Shown: positions 1 through 8,588, counted from the stretch's first letter. The stretch is DNA of 64,000 nt from an uncultured delta proteobacterium (GCA_963812015.1 CAWETI010000003.1:1600001-1664000), one strand, 5' to 3'. A program made the numbers and translations. Notes: generated by a model not told the origin, from the sequence alone.

Positions 1-426
<426 letters not shown>

Positions 427-448
427 TCAGGTACTCCTAATGAAAAAC

Positions 449-540
449 CGTTTTTCGTTTTTGGATTTTCGTTTATCGCGCAGATAGGTTAGTGCGCCTT
501 CTTCATTTACCGAAAACCGAAAACCGGAAACCGCCAACCG
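449..540. repeat. Two inverted tracts of 7-bp short tandem repeats (CGTTTTT-like and ACCGAAA-like)
   Basis: cgttttt cgttttt ggatttt cgttt at ~449-474 and accgaaa accgaaa accggaa accgcca accg at ~509-540, between nuoA and nuoB. Confidence 0.7.
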
Positions 541-545
541 TCCTT

Positions 546-902
546 TTACTCCCACTCCAGGGCGCCCTTGCCCCACACATACACCAGGCCCACCGCGATG
601 ATGCCGATGAACACCAGCATCTCCACGAATCCGAACCAGCCCAGGGGCTTAAAGATCACCGCCCAGGGATAGAGGAAGATGGCTTCAATGTCGAACACGA
701 TGAAAAACATGGCGATGACATAGAAACGCACCGTGTAGCGGCTGCGGGCGTCGCCGATGGGGTCCATGCCGCACTCGTACGGAATGTCCTTGGCCGGGAA
801 GTGTTTCTTCTTGCCCAAAAACTCCGACAAGCCGACGATCACTGCCACCAGCCCGATGGCGACCACCATAAAAATCAAGACCGGCACATAGTTGATTAGC
901 AT
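546..902 (-). CDS. nuoA: NADH-quinone oxidoreductase subunit A
   Basis: PYECGMDP, FYVIAMFFIVFDIEAIFLYPWA and C-terminal KGALEWE motifs; 118 aa. Confidence 0.97.
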   Translation of the reverse strand: MLINYVPVLIFMVVAIGLVAVIVGLSEFLGKKKHFPAKDIPYECGMDPIGDARSRYTVRFYVIAMFFIVFDIEAIFLYPWAVIFKPLGWFGFVEMLVFIGIIAVGLVYVWGKGALEWE

Positions 903-927
903 AAGTCAATCCTTAAAATGCATTGGC

Positions 928-1143
928 CTACAATTCCAGCGAAATATACTCCGCCTGACTTTTCACCGCAGGGATGGGGAGATTGTCCTCTCGCATACCC
1001 TCCAAATGCATCTTGATAGCCTCAGCCATTCGCTGCTTTACTTCTTCAACAGTTTTCCCGGTGGCGATACAACCAGGAAGGTCTGGACAATAGGCGGAAT
1101 AATTGCCATTGGCCTGTTCAATTACTATCAGAAATTGTTCCAT
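928..1143 (-). CDS. hicB: HicB-family antitoxin
   Basis: MEQFLIVIEQANGNYSAYCPDLPGCIATGKTVEE...AIKMHLEGMREDNLPIP; start placed at ATG 1143, just after the hicA stop. Confidence 0.9.
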   Translation of the reverse strand: MEQFLIVIEQANGNYSAYCPDLPGCIATGKTVEEVKQRMAEAIKMHLEGMREDNLPIPAVKSQAEYISLEL

Positions 1144-1151
1144 AATTCCGC

Positions 1152-1349
1152 CTACTTCAATTTCAAGCCAGCCTGCTTTAATATACTGTTTAACGTCCCA
1201 GGGCTTCAATCGTCCCGCTGATGCCCGGCGATGGTAACGCGTCCGGTTTTTAAGGGATGTTTAAACTGTCTGTGGCTTTCCGTTCCCTTGCCGCTAATTT
1301 GATACCACCCGTCAGCTTCGATTAATCTTATCACATCCCGAATTTTCAA
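1152..1349 (-). pseudogene. hicA: HicA-family toxin with an in-frame TGA at codon 48
   Basis: Manual translation: MKIRDVIRLIEADGWYQISGKGTESHRQFKHPLKTGRVTIAGHQRDD*SPGTLNSILKQAGLKLK; the TGA is at 1206-1208. Confidence 0.88.
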
Positions 1350-1373
1350 ACTGTTTCAGCCTGCACGGGGTTT

Positions 1374-1401
1374 GTAAGGCGGGTTTCAAACCCGCCCCTA
1401 C
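1374..1401 (-). repeat. GTAG-type REP-like palindrome
   Basis: Reverse complement GTAGGGGCGGGTTTGAAACCCGCCTTAC; near-identical to the copy at 13660-13688. Confidence 0.8.
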
Positions 1402-1420
1402 CTTGATGCTCAAATCCCTG

Positions 1421-3268
1421 TTAATGGGAAGGTTCTTCAGCCTTGCACACCCCCAACGGGCAGTTTCCCGCCAGGTGCGCGTCGTATTCGTCCCGGAACC
1501 GCTCGATGGTGGTCTTGATGAAGAAATACGGGCTCATGCCCAGGGCGCAGTTGGAGGAGTCCACCATGATCTGGCCAATGGAAATCATCCGGTCCAGATC
1601 GGCGGCGCTGCCTTTGCCCGCGGCCACCTTGCTGATGAGCTCGTAGAGCACCCGGGTGCCCCGGCGGCAGGGCAGGCAGAAACCGCAGGACTCGTGCTGG
1701 AAGAAGTATAGAATGGATTTGACCACGTCCACCACGCAGGTGGTGTCGTCCATCACCAGCATGGTGCCGGAGCCCAAGGCGCCTTCGGCCTTGGCCATGG
1801 CGGCGTATTCCATGGGGGTGTCCAGGTGCTCGTCTTTGAAGAACCCGAAGCTGGAGCCCCCGGTCTGGCAGGTCTTGAACTTCCGGCCGTCTTTGATGCC
1901 CCCGCCGTGCTTGTCGATGAGCTCCCTGACGGTCATCCCCAGGTTGGCTTCCACGATGCCGGGCTTGCTCACCTGGCCCACCACCTGGAATATCTTGGTG
2001 CCCGCGGCGTCCGCGGTGCCCTTGGACTTATACCACTCCGAGCCGTTGAGGACGATGGACGGCACGCTGGCCAGGGATTCCACGTTGTTGACGATGGTGG
2101 GTTGGCCCCAGACGCCCACGACGCCAGGGAACGGCGGCTTGACCCGGGGGTTGCCCCGTTTGCCTTCGATGGACTCGATGAGCGCGGTTTCCTCGCCGCA
2201 GACATACGAGCCGCCGCCGGTCTGCACCTTGATATGGAAAGAGAAGCCGGTGCCTTGAATGTTGTCGCCCAGAAGATTCTTGGCGGTGGCAGCCTCGATG
2301 GCCTTATTAAGCCGGAACATGCTCAGGTAATATTCACCCCGGACATAGATGTAGCCGTAGTTAGCCCCCACCCCGTAACCGGCGATGGCCATGCCTTCCA
2401 GCACCCGGTGGGGATCGCCTTCCATGATGTAGCGGTCCTTGATGGTCCCCGGCTCGCCTTCGTCGGCGTTGCACACGATATACTTGGGCACATTGGGGTT
2501 GGGCCGGGTGAAGGACCACTTGAGACCGGTGGGGAAACCGGCGCCACCCCGGCCCCTGAGGCCGGAGTCTTTCACCGTGTTCACCACCTCTTCCTGGGAC
2601 AGGGACAGGGCCTTCTTCAGGCCTTCGTAGCCGCCCCGTTCCAGATAGGCGTCCAGGCTCAAGGGATCGATCTGATCCACGTTGGCCAGGAGGATGAGCT
2701 CATCGCCGCTGGCCACATAATCGCTCAAAGGATTGGTGGTGCGGGGGAGCGTCCGGTAGTCCACGGTCTTGCCGGCCCGATAATCGCTGATGATGTTCTT
2801 GATGCGCTCCGGAGTGAGGCGGCCGAAGACCACTTCGTTGATCTGCATGGCCGGGGAGACCTCGCAGACCCCCAAGCAGGCGGTATGCTCCAGGGTGAAG
2901 AGACCGTCGCTCGTGGTTTCCCCTGACTTGATGCCCAACTCGGCCTTGAGCACCTCCAAGAGGTTGTCGGCGCCCAGGATATGGCACGGGGGCGATTCGC
3001 ACATGCGGACGATGTATTTTCCGCGGGGCGTCGGCGAAAACATGGTGTAAAAGCTCATGACGCCGTAGAGATACGCGTAGGGAATATCCATGCCCTCGGA
3101 GATCATCTTGAGGGCTTCCAGGGGCAGCCAGTTGCCGCAGATGCTCTGGACGTCATGCAGGGCGGGCATCACCCCCCCCTTGACAGCTTTGTGGCGGCTG
3201 ACGGTTTCCTGGATGGCGGATATTTGCTCGGGGCTCAACGTGGCGCTGACGGGGCTCTTAATCTCCAT
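1421..3268 (-). CDS. nuoF: Fused NuoE-NuoF NADH-binding flavoprotein (complex I N-module type)
   Basis: N-terminal NuoE [2Fe-2S] motifs (CESPPC...CLGVC), then GLRGRGGAGFPTG, NADEGEPGT, YVCGEETAL and CGFCLPCRRG; start likely MEIKSP at 3268. Confidence 0.93.
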   Translation of the reverse strand: MEIKSPVSATLSPEQISAIQETVSRHKAVKGGVMPALHDVQSICGNWLPLEALKMISEGMDIPYAYLYGVMSFYTMFSPTPRGKYIVRMCESPPCHILGADNLLEVLKAELGIKSGETTSDGLFTLEHTACLGVCEVSPAMQINEVVFGRLTPERIKNIISDYRAGKTVDYRTLPRTTNPLSDYVASGDELILLANVDQIDPLSLDAYLERGGYEGLKKALSLSQEEVVNTVKDSGLRGRGGAGFPTGLKWSFTRPNPNVPKYIVCNADEGEPGTIKDRYIMEGDPHRVLEGMAIAGYGVGANYGYIYVRGEYYLSMFRLNKAIEAATAKNLLGDNIQGTGFSFHIKVQTGGGSYVCGEETALIESIEGKRGNPRVKPPFPGVVGVWGQPTIVNNVESLASVPSIVLNGSEWYKSKGTADAAGTKIFQVVGQVSKPGIVEANLGMTVRELIDKHGGGIKDGRKFKTCQTGGSSFGFFKDEHLDTPMEYAAMAKAEGALGSGTMLVMDDTTCVVDVVKSILYFFQHESCGFCLPCRRGTRVLYELISKVAAGKGSAADLDRMISIGQIMVDSSNCALGMSPYFFIKTTIERFRDEYDAHLAGNCPLGVCKAEEPSH

Positions 3269-3323
3269 CGTTATCGATCCATTGTGCTGGTTCTTTGTGA
3301 AAATTTTCTTTATTACTCTGGAG

Positions 3324-3352
3324 TTTTTATTATCAATCCCCCCTGGTGTCAA
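3324..3352 (-). promoter_or_regulatory. Putative sigma70 promoter for nuoEF
   Basis: TTGACA-17 bp-TAAAAA on the minus strand. Confidence 0.45.
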
Positions 3353-3778
3353 GCAAATTTTTCTTTTTTCTGAACGGGGCCGCGAGGGGGAAACCGAGGT
3401 CAGGAGTAATCACCGGGTTTTTCTTTTGTTCTCTCGTAAGTTAGCTGCGCCACTTCCGCCCGTCGCATGTTGCTGGGGCCGGAACTCACTGCCGCAGCCG
3501 ACCCCGCCGCCCCGGGCCGGGTCGAGTGCGCCCAGGTGAGCAAAATCCTTGGATTGTACGTAACTGCAATAAATTCGCCTTACCATTCTAGATGAGCGCT
3601 CATTGAGCCGAAGCGGGGAATTAAAACCCCATTGGAACTATCGCTCAATTACACCACCAAGTAATAGGTCTGCTTTGAAAAGTTCTTATAAACTGGTGGC
3701 ACAGGCGCCCCGCCTGTGCTTGATGCAGGGCGCGGCCGCCCCCCATCTTTGGCGGGAAATGCCCGCCCTCCCTGCTTA

Positions 3779-4414
3779 TTATCGGGGACGTCGCGGTTCC
3801 AGGAGCAGCCGCCCCAACACCTTGATCCAGGCCCCCCCTTCCCGGAGGGCCATCTTGGTCAGCCACCGGTAGCGGCGCTGCTGCCAGTAGTGGCGCACCA
3901 GGCCCCGGGCGGCCAAAGGCTGCACGGTGATACCCAGAGGGGCGAACTGGCGTCTAAAGAGGAAAGCCGCCCGGTGGATGTGCAGCGCGTCCGTCACCAG
4001 GGCCACGTTTCGGCTACCCAACCCCTGCACCAGGGGCAGGGTGTGGCGGGCCGAGGCCGCGGTGGACCGGCTGGCTTCCTCCAGGATCAGGCAGGCGGCC
4101 AGCGCCTCCCGGACCTCGGCGCCCCAGTGCGCGGCCGCCCAGGTGAGGGCCCAGTCGGCCATGGCCCGGGCTTCGGAGCAGCCGGCGTGGGGCCAGAAAC
4201 CGCCGGTGAGGATCAGGTAACTTTGAGGACCGCAATGGCGCCAGAGGTTAAGGGCGTGGGCCAGGCGCAGCCGGATCACCCGCCCCGGCCGGCCCTGGGG
4301 GTTGAGGCGGGCCCCCAACACGATGAACCCGTCCGGAAAAAGCTTGGGGGGAAAAGGCGAAAAGGGAAAACGGGGAAGAGGGGAGGAAGGCCCAACGGGA
4401 TAATCAGAGTGCAT
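3779..4414 (-). CDS. YdcF/DUF218-family protein
   Basis: IVLGA, LILTGG, SEARAM, LEEASRST and LVTDALHIHRA motifs. Confidence 0.88.
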   Translation of the reverse strand: MHSDYPVGPSSPLPRFPFSPFPPKLFPDGFIVLGARLNPQGRPGRVIRLRLAHALNLWRHCGPQSYLILTGGFWPHAGCSEARAMADWALTWAAAHWGAEVREALAACLILEEASRSTAASARHTLPLVQGLGSRNVALVTDALHIHRAAFLFRRQFAPLGITVQPLAARGLVRHYWQQRRYRWLTKMALREGGAWIKVLGRLLLEPRRPR

Positions 4415-4524
4415 GGTTGATCCTTACCCGCTTCTGCCCCTGGCGTGCTCAAGAATCCGGGTGAAGACGGCCGAATATAGAGAACCGCCTTGAAGCTTTA
4501 ACCTTTTCGCCTTTTCGCCCCAAG

Positions 4525-5319
4525 TCATTTCACCCTTTTCGCCTTTTTCCCCCTAATCTCTCCCCCTTTTCCCCCTTTTTTCCGCTTTTTCCGTAAAGCC
4601 CGGGTGCCGGCCTTCCAGGGGGGCTCTTCTTTTTTGCCTTTGGATCGCCGGGGTTTGGCCGCGGGCTGGAACATCCCGGGCAGGTCCAGGGTGAAGCTGC
4701 CGGGGGTGGGAGCCGGGGGCCGGGGCATCGAAGGTTTAGCTTTTTCCGGGACCTGGGGCGGGGGCGGTAGTTGCAGAAGATCCCGGGGCAGGGCCGGGGC
4801 CAGATACAGGCCATCGCCGTAGCCCGTAAAGCTGATGCCGCGCCGGGCCGCGGCCTGGGCTTGGACGGTGACCAGGATGGGCTCCGGGGCCCGGCGGCGC
4901 CCCAGTTTCATGGCCATCTCCGGCGTCGCGGCCAGCACCAGTTCCTGGTCCGGGGGCGGCTTGAGCCCTGCCTCCCACACTTTCCCGTGGGCCTTGGGAG
5001 GGATGGCGGCATAGAGCAGGGCAGGGGGGGGCTCCTCCAGAGGGCGGCGGAGCCGGGCCGGCTCCGGGCTCAGAGCGCGGATCTGCTCCCCGGCCACCTC
5101 GAAGGCCGGGGGCGACATCAGGCCCACCACCTGGTCCAGGTGATGGCGCCGGACGAAACCAAAGCCGGGATCCCTGGTTAAAATCTGGAGCAGGTGCTTG
5201 ATGGGGATGAACCCCGCGTCCGAGAGCACCAGCCCGAACTCGTCGGGCCGGTGGCTCAGGATGTAGGTGAGCATCCGGGCCAGGCCTTCCAGTTGCCGGG
5301 GCAGACGGTACATTTTCAC
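4525..5319 (-). CDS. KptA/Tpt1-like RNA 2'-phosphotransferase homolog with degenerate catalytic motifs
   Basis: LARMLTYILSHRPDEFGLVLSDAGFIPI resembles the KptA N-terminus; GRRR...PILVTV C-lobe; long Pro/Lys-rich tail. Confidence 0.75.
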   Translation of the reverse strand: MKMYRLPRQLEGLARMLTYILSHRPDEFGLVLSDAGFIPIKHLLQILTRDPGFGFVRRHHLDQVVGLMSPPAFEVAGEQIRALSPEPARLRRPLEEPPPALLYAAIPPKAHGKVWEAGLKPPPDQELVLAATPEMAMKLGRRRAPEPILVTVQAQAAARRGISFTGYGDGLYLAPALPRDLLQLPPPPQVPEKAKPSMPRPPAPTPGSFTLDLPGMFQPAAKPRRSKGKKEEPPWKAGTRALRKKRKKGGKGGEIRGKKAKRVK

Positions 5320-5333
5320 CTTCGCTTAACGCT

Positions 5334-5543
5334 TTACCTATCCTGAGCCGGTGCCCCGGCCGGCGGTTGGCCGGGACTGGTGGGGTTGTACGCTAAAGGT
5401 TCCGTCCTTTGAGATGCCAGGTTTATTCCTGCCGTTGTCTGGAAGGGCTGACTGCTGCTTGACCGCAGCGACTTGGCCCCCCCTCAACAGCCGCACACCC
5501 CCAAAAACATCACCAGAGACAATAAGAGGCCTGCTTTCTTCAC
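5334..5543 (-). CDS. Candidate selenocysteine-containing small lipoprotein (69 aa, UGA at codon 20)
   Basis: GGGAG RBS 8 nt before GTG; MKKAGLLLSLVMFLGVCGC-U-GGAKSLRSSSSQPFQTTAGINLASQRTEPLAYNPTSPGQPPAGAPAQDR; frame stays open for 49 codons after the TGA; SECIS-like hairpin follows. Confidence 0.65.
5441..5483 (-). promoter_or_regulatory. Putative bacterial SECIS element
   Basis: After the UGA: lower stem GGGGGGGC/GCCCUUCC, upper stem GCUGC/GCAGC, apical loop GGUCAA starting 19 nt after the UGA. Confidence 0.65.
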
Positions 5544-5785
5544 GTTTCACGCTCCCATCAGGATTTAGAGAAAATATATCCCCTGGGGGCGAATTTAGTC
5601 AAATCATAATGCCCAGGCCAAATCAGGTGACTGCTCATCGGGGCTGTCTGGACTCAAAGCAAAGAACCTTTTAACGCGGCTCGGAAACCTGACCGGGAAA
5701 AATAACCCCCCACCGGCTCACAACTACCAACCATTGTTGATGGCGGTTGACAAGCTGAGAAGAAATGATAATTATATTTGGATAA

Positions 5786-6325
5786 ATGGAACAGGCGCGA
5801 TATTTCCACCAGGATCAAAAGGAGCTTTTGAACGAGGCCGCGGTTATCGCCGAGGAGGTTACCTCCGACTTTTTTAAGCTGTCTGTCAGCCACTGGCGCC
5901 GCGCCCGCTATGACATCCTGACCCTGGAGGCCCTGCGGGCCGAGGAGATCAGCCCCCACGCCCTGGCCATGGTGGCCAAGTACAACGGCTGCCCGCAGGA
6001 TCGTTTGTTGCGTTCTGCGGCCTTTGATTTTTACCGGGTCTGCCTGCAAGACCACAACATCCTCAAGACCTTGAGGCAGTCTGCCGGCTTGAGTCTGTTC
6101 CCCCTGCTCCTTTACATCCTTACCCACGAACTGGTGCATATCGTGCGGTTCAGCCAGTTCCAGGCCCTCTTCGAGACCCCGGAGGAGCAGAAGCAGGAAG
6201 AAGAACGGCGGGTGCACCACCTGACGCAGAAAATCCTGGCGCCCTTGCAGGTTCGGGATTTACCGCCGGTGATGCGATATTATGATGACCAGGTTCAAGG
6301 AGATTGTCGGTATGCCAATTTATGA
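5786..6325 (+). CDS. Conserved hypothetical protein with an HExxH motif
   Basis: THELVH motif; 179 aa; overlaps the start of the next gene. Confidence 0.75.
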   Translation: MEQARYFHQDQKELLNEAAVIAEEVTSDFFKLSVSHWRRARYDILTLEALRAEEISPHALAMVAKYNGCPQDRLLRSAAFDFYRVCLQDHNILKTLRQSAGLSLFPLLLYILTHELVHIVRFSQFQALFETPEEQKQEEERRVHHLTQKILAPLQVRDLPPVMRYYDDQVQGDCRYANL

Positions 6326-6611
6326 GTATCAGTGCGCCGCGTGCGGCCAGGTGGTGGAACGGTGGCAGAAGGTTTCCGATTCCCCGCTGAAGGATTGTCC
6401 GGCCTGCGGCGGTAGTCTCAACAAAATCATCAGCTCCTGCGCCTTTCACCTCAAAGGCAGCGGGTGGTATGTAACGGATTACGCCGGCAAGAACCCTGCG
6501 GCCGGCGCCAGTGACAATGGCAACGGGGCCAAGCCCGCCGAAAGCGCCAAAGACGCCAAGTCGTCTGACACCTCCACGACTGAGGCATCTTCTACCCCCA
6601 GGATAAAATGA
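6312..6611 (+). CDS. FmdB-family zinc ribbon protein
   Basis: MPIYEYQCAACG...CPACGG...FHLKGSGWYVTDY. Confidence 0.92.
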   Translation: MPIYEYQCAACGQVVERWQKVSDSPLKDCPACGGSLNKIISSCAFHLKGSGWYVTDYAGKNPAAGASDNGNGAKPAESAKDAKSSDTSTTEASSTPRIK

Positions 6612-6655
6612 CGCACCTGTTGAACCTTCCGGGTGGGAGAGAAAGGGAGCGATAA

Positions 6656-7234
6656 GTGGCGGAAATTAAAAGTGCCTTAGAGTTGGCCCTGGAAAAGGCT
6701 GAGCAATATGGCCGAGCCAGCCGGGAAGAGATGGCGCTGGCCCAGCACCAGGACCAGGGCCGCCACCTGGCGGTGCAGTTTCTTAAAGGGGAGGGCGACC
6801 TGACGGTTGACCTGAAGAATCTCCCGGCTCCGGCCCAAGCCGCCGCCCGGCTGGCGATCAAAGAGGTCTTCCTGCGGAATCTTGGCCTGCCCCGGGACAA
6901 CACGGTGGACCCCCGCCAAAAGCGGGCCGTGGAAGGCCTGCTCCTGGTGGCCGATAACCCGAAGGCCATGGCGCAACTTCAGGCGGAATTGCAGCAGGTC
7001 CTGCAGCAATACCTCCAGATCCGCAGCAACGCCGTGCAGCAACTCAAGGCCCGGTTTGCCGCCGGGGTGGGGCAGATGCAGCAGGCCATGGAGGCCAAGT
7101 ATCGCCAGAAGATGGACCTGGATGTGGAGCACCTTCCCCAGTTTCAGGAAGAGTGGCGCCGGTTCGATGGGCAGCTCCAGGACCAGTTCGGGGCCATGCT
7201 GGAGAACCTCAAGGCCCGGATGCGGCTTGCCTGA
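6656..7234 (+). CDS. Conserved helical hypothetical protein
   Basis: MAEIKSALELALEK N-terminus; GGGAG RBS; followed by a terminator. Confidence 0.8.
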   Translation: MAEIKSALELALEKAEQYGRASREEMALAQHQDQGRHLAVQFLKGEGDLTVDLKNLPAPAQAAARLAIKEVFLRNLGLPRDNTVDPRQKRAVEGLLLVADNPKAMAQLQAELQQVLQQYLQIRSNAVQQLKARFAAGVGQMQQAMEAKYRQKMDLDVEHLPQFQEEWRRFDGQLQDQFGAMLENLKARMRLA

Positions 7235-7262
7235 GAAGCATCCCTGAAGACGATCAACGCGC

Positions 7263-7288
7263 AAGGGCGGCCCCGGGGCCGCCCTTTA
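7263..7288. terminator. Probable bidirectional terminator hairpin
   Basis: AAGGGCGGCC-CCGG-GGCCGCCCTT between convergent genes. Confidence 0.7.
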
Positions 7289-7372
7289 TAGTTTTTATGG
7301 GCAATTCTTAGGGGAATACACGGCTAAGAGCTGCTTACAAAAAAGCCCCTTTCCCCAACTATTCATGGTCCA

Positions 7373-8131
7373 TTATGCCGCCAAGTGGCATAACCGCCGG
7401 AAGTTGTCCCCCAGGATGGCCCGGGTTTGGGCCTCGGAGAGGTTGAGGCTGAGGATCTTGTCCAGCTCGGCGGCGGGGGTGCTGAAAGGGTAGTCGCTGC
7501 CGAACATCAGGCGGTCGGTGCCGAAGCGCCGGATGAAGTCCTTAATTTCCGGGAGCGCGGCCACCGAGGTGTCGGCATGCACCTGGGGGCGGCGCCACAC
7601 CCCGGCCCGGTCCAGGGCCACGTAGCCCCCGCTCAGTCCCCCCAAATGGGGGATGATCACCGGCAGGTCCGGAGCCAACTTCTCCAGGAAAAATGAGGTA
7701 TTCTCCAGCGACTCTTCCAGAAGGATGGGCAGTTGCCGGTCCCGCACTACCTCGAGGAACTCCCGGCAGCGGGGGTCATTGTAATGGTAGACGGGCTCAT
7801 CGGGGTGGCGGTGCCACTTGATGGCCACGTATTCCGGCCCCAGGTCTTCCCGGGCGAAGTCGTTCCACACGAAAAAATGTGGGTAAATGGCGATCTCCGG
7901 GTCCTTAAGGTCCAGGAGGTATTGGTGGGCCCGGCGGCGGCAGGCCTGCCAGGCGGGCGTGTCGGTGAAATCAGCATCAAAGCGGTTGTAGATGTCCTCC
8001 ACCGGCGGGATGGGCGCGGCCCCGGTGATGCCGGCCTCAAGCAAGAGCGGCCGGATACGGTCCCAGCCCCAGGAGACGTGCTGCACCCCGGTGTGGCAAT
8101 GGCTGTCGATGATCTCAACGTCAACTGGCAT
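7373..8131 (-). CDS. Amidohydrolase-family (TIM-barrel metallohydrolase) protein
   Basis: IIDSHCH, IIPHLGG, LMFGSDYPF and ILGDNFRRL motifs. Confidence 0.9.
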   Translation of the reverse strand: MPVDVEIIDSHCHTGVQHVSWGWDRIRPLLLEAGITGAAPIPPVEDIYNRFDADFTDTPAWQACRRRAHQYLLDLKDPEIAIYPHFFVWNDFAREDLGPEYVAIKWHRHPDEPVYHYNDPRCREFLEVVRDRQLPILLEESLENTSFFLEKLAPDLPVIIPHLGGLSGGYVALDRAGVWRRPQVHADTSVAALPEIKDFIRRFGTDRLMFGSDYPFSTPAAELDKILSLNLSEAQTRAILGDNFRRLCHLAA

Positions 8132-8236
8132 GATGAGCCTCCATCCGTTATAAGGGTCCTCCCCGGAAACACCTGAATAAATCGCCCCTGATATTTCCCT
8201 CCCCCGTGGCTGGGAGAGGGTCGCGGAAATCCAACA

Positions 8237-8578
8237 CTAACAGGTTAGGTGCAGGGCCGCGGCCAGGCGGCGCACCCCGCTCAAGTCGTTGATGATCCGA
8301 ACGGCCTCCCCGGTGGGGTGGGCCATCAGCTCCACCCCCCGGCCCTTAAGGTAAGCCGCCAGGGCCGGGTCCACCTGCATTTTTCCGGGCTCCCCCATGC
8401 CCACCACCAGCACCTGGGGGTTCGCGGCCAGGGCCTCGGCCACATCCTCCCGTTGCAGGAAATGGCTCTCCTGGCGCCACCAGTCGCGCTTGATCCGGCC
8501 CGGCCAGACCAGGACGTCGTTCTTGAAGGTCTCTCCGTCAATCACGATGAGCCCAAATTCGTAACGGTCTATATGCAT
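8237..8578 (-). CDS. Mth938/DUF498-family protein
   Basis: MHIDRYEFGLIVIDG...VVGMGEPG...AALHLTC. Confidence 0.9.
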   Translation of the reverse strand: MHIDRYEFGLIVIDGETFKNDVLVWPGRIKRDWWRQESHFLQREDVAEALAANPQVLVVGMGEPGKMQVDPALAAYLKGRGVELMAHPTGEAVRIINDLSGVRRLAAALHLTC

Positions 8579-8588
8579 ACGGGCCTCT

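Noticed and set aside
1206..1208. In-frame TGA in hicA as selenocysteine
   Set aside because: No SECIS-like hairpin follows, and the position is not a Cys site in HicA proteins; a nonsense mutation or error is more likely.
5390..5520. 6S RNA or tmRNA in this structured gap
   Set aside because: Lacks the 6S central bubble and closing stem and the tmRNA tRNA-like ends; the region is better explained as coding.
5338..5550. 70-aa ORF-track call MKREESRPL... in the overlapping frame
   Set aside because: The GGGAG lies only 1 nt from its GTG and the product has no recognisable features, whereas the UGA-containing frame has good RBS spacing, a signal peptide and a SECIS-like hairpin. Not formally excluded.
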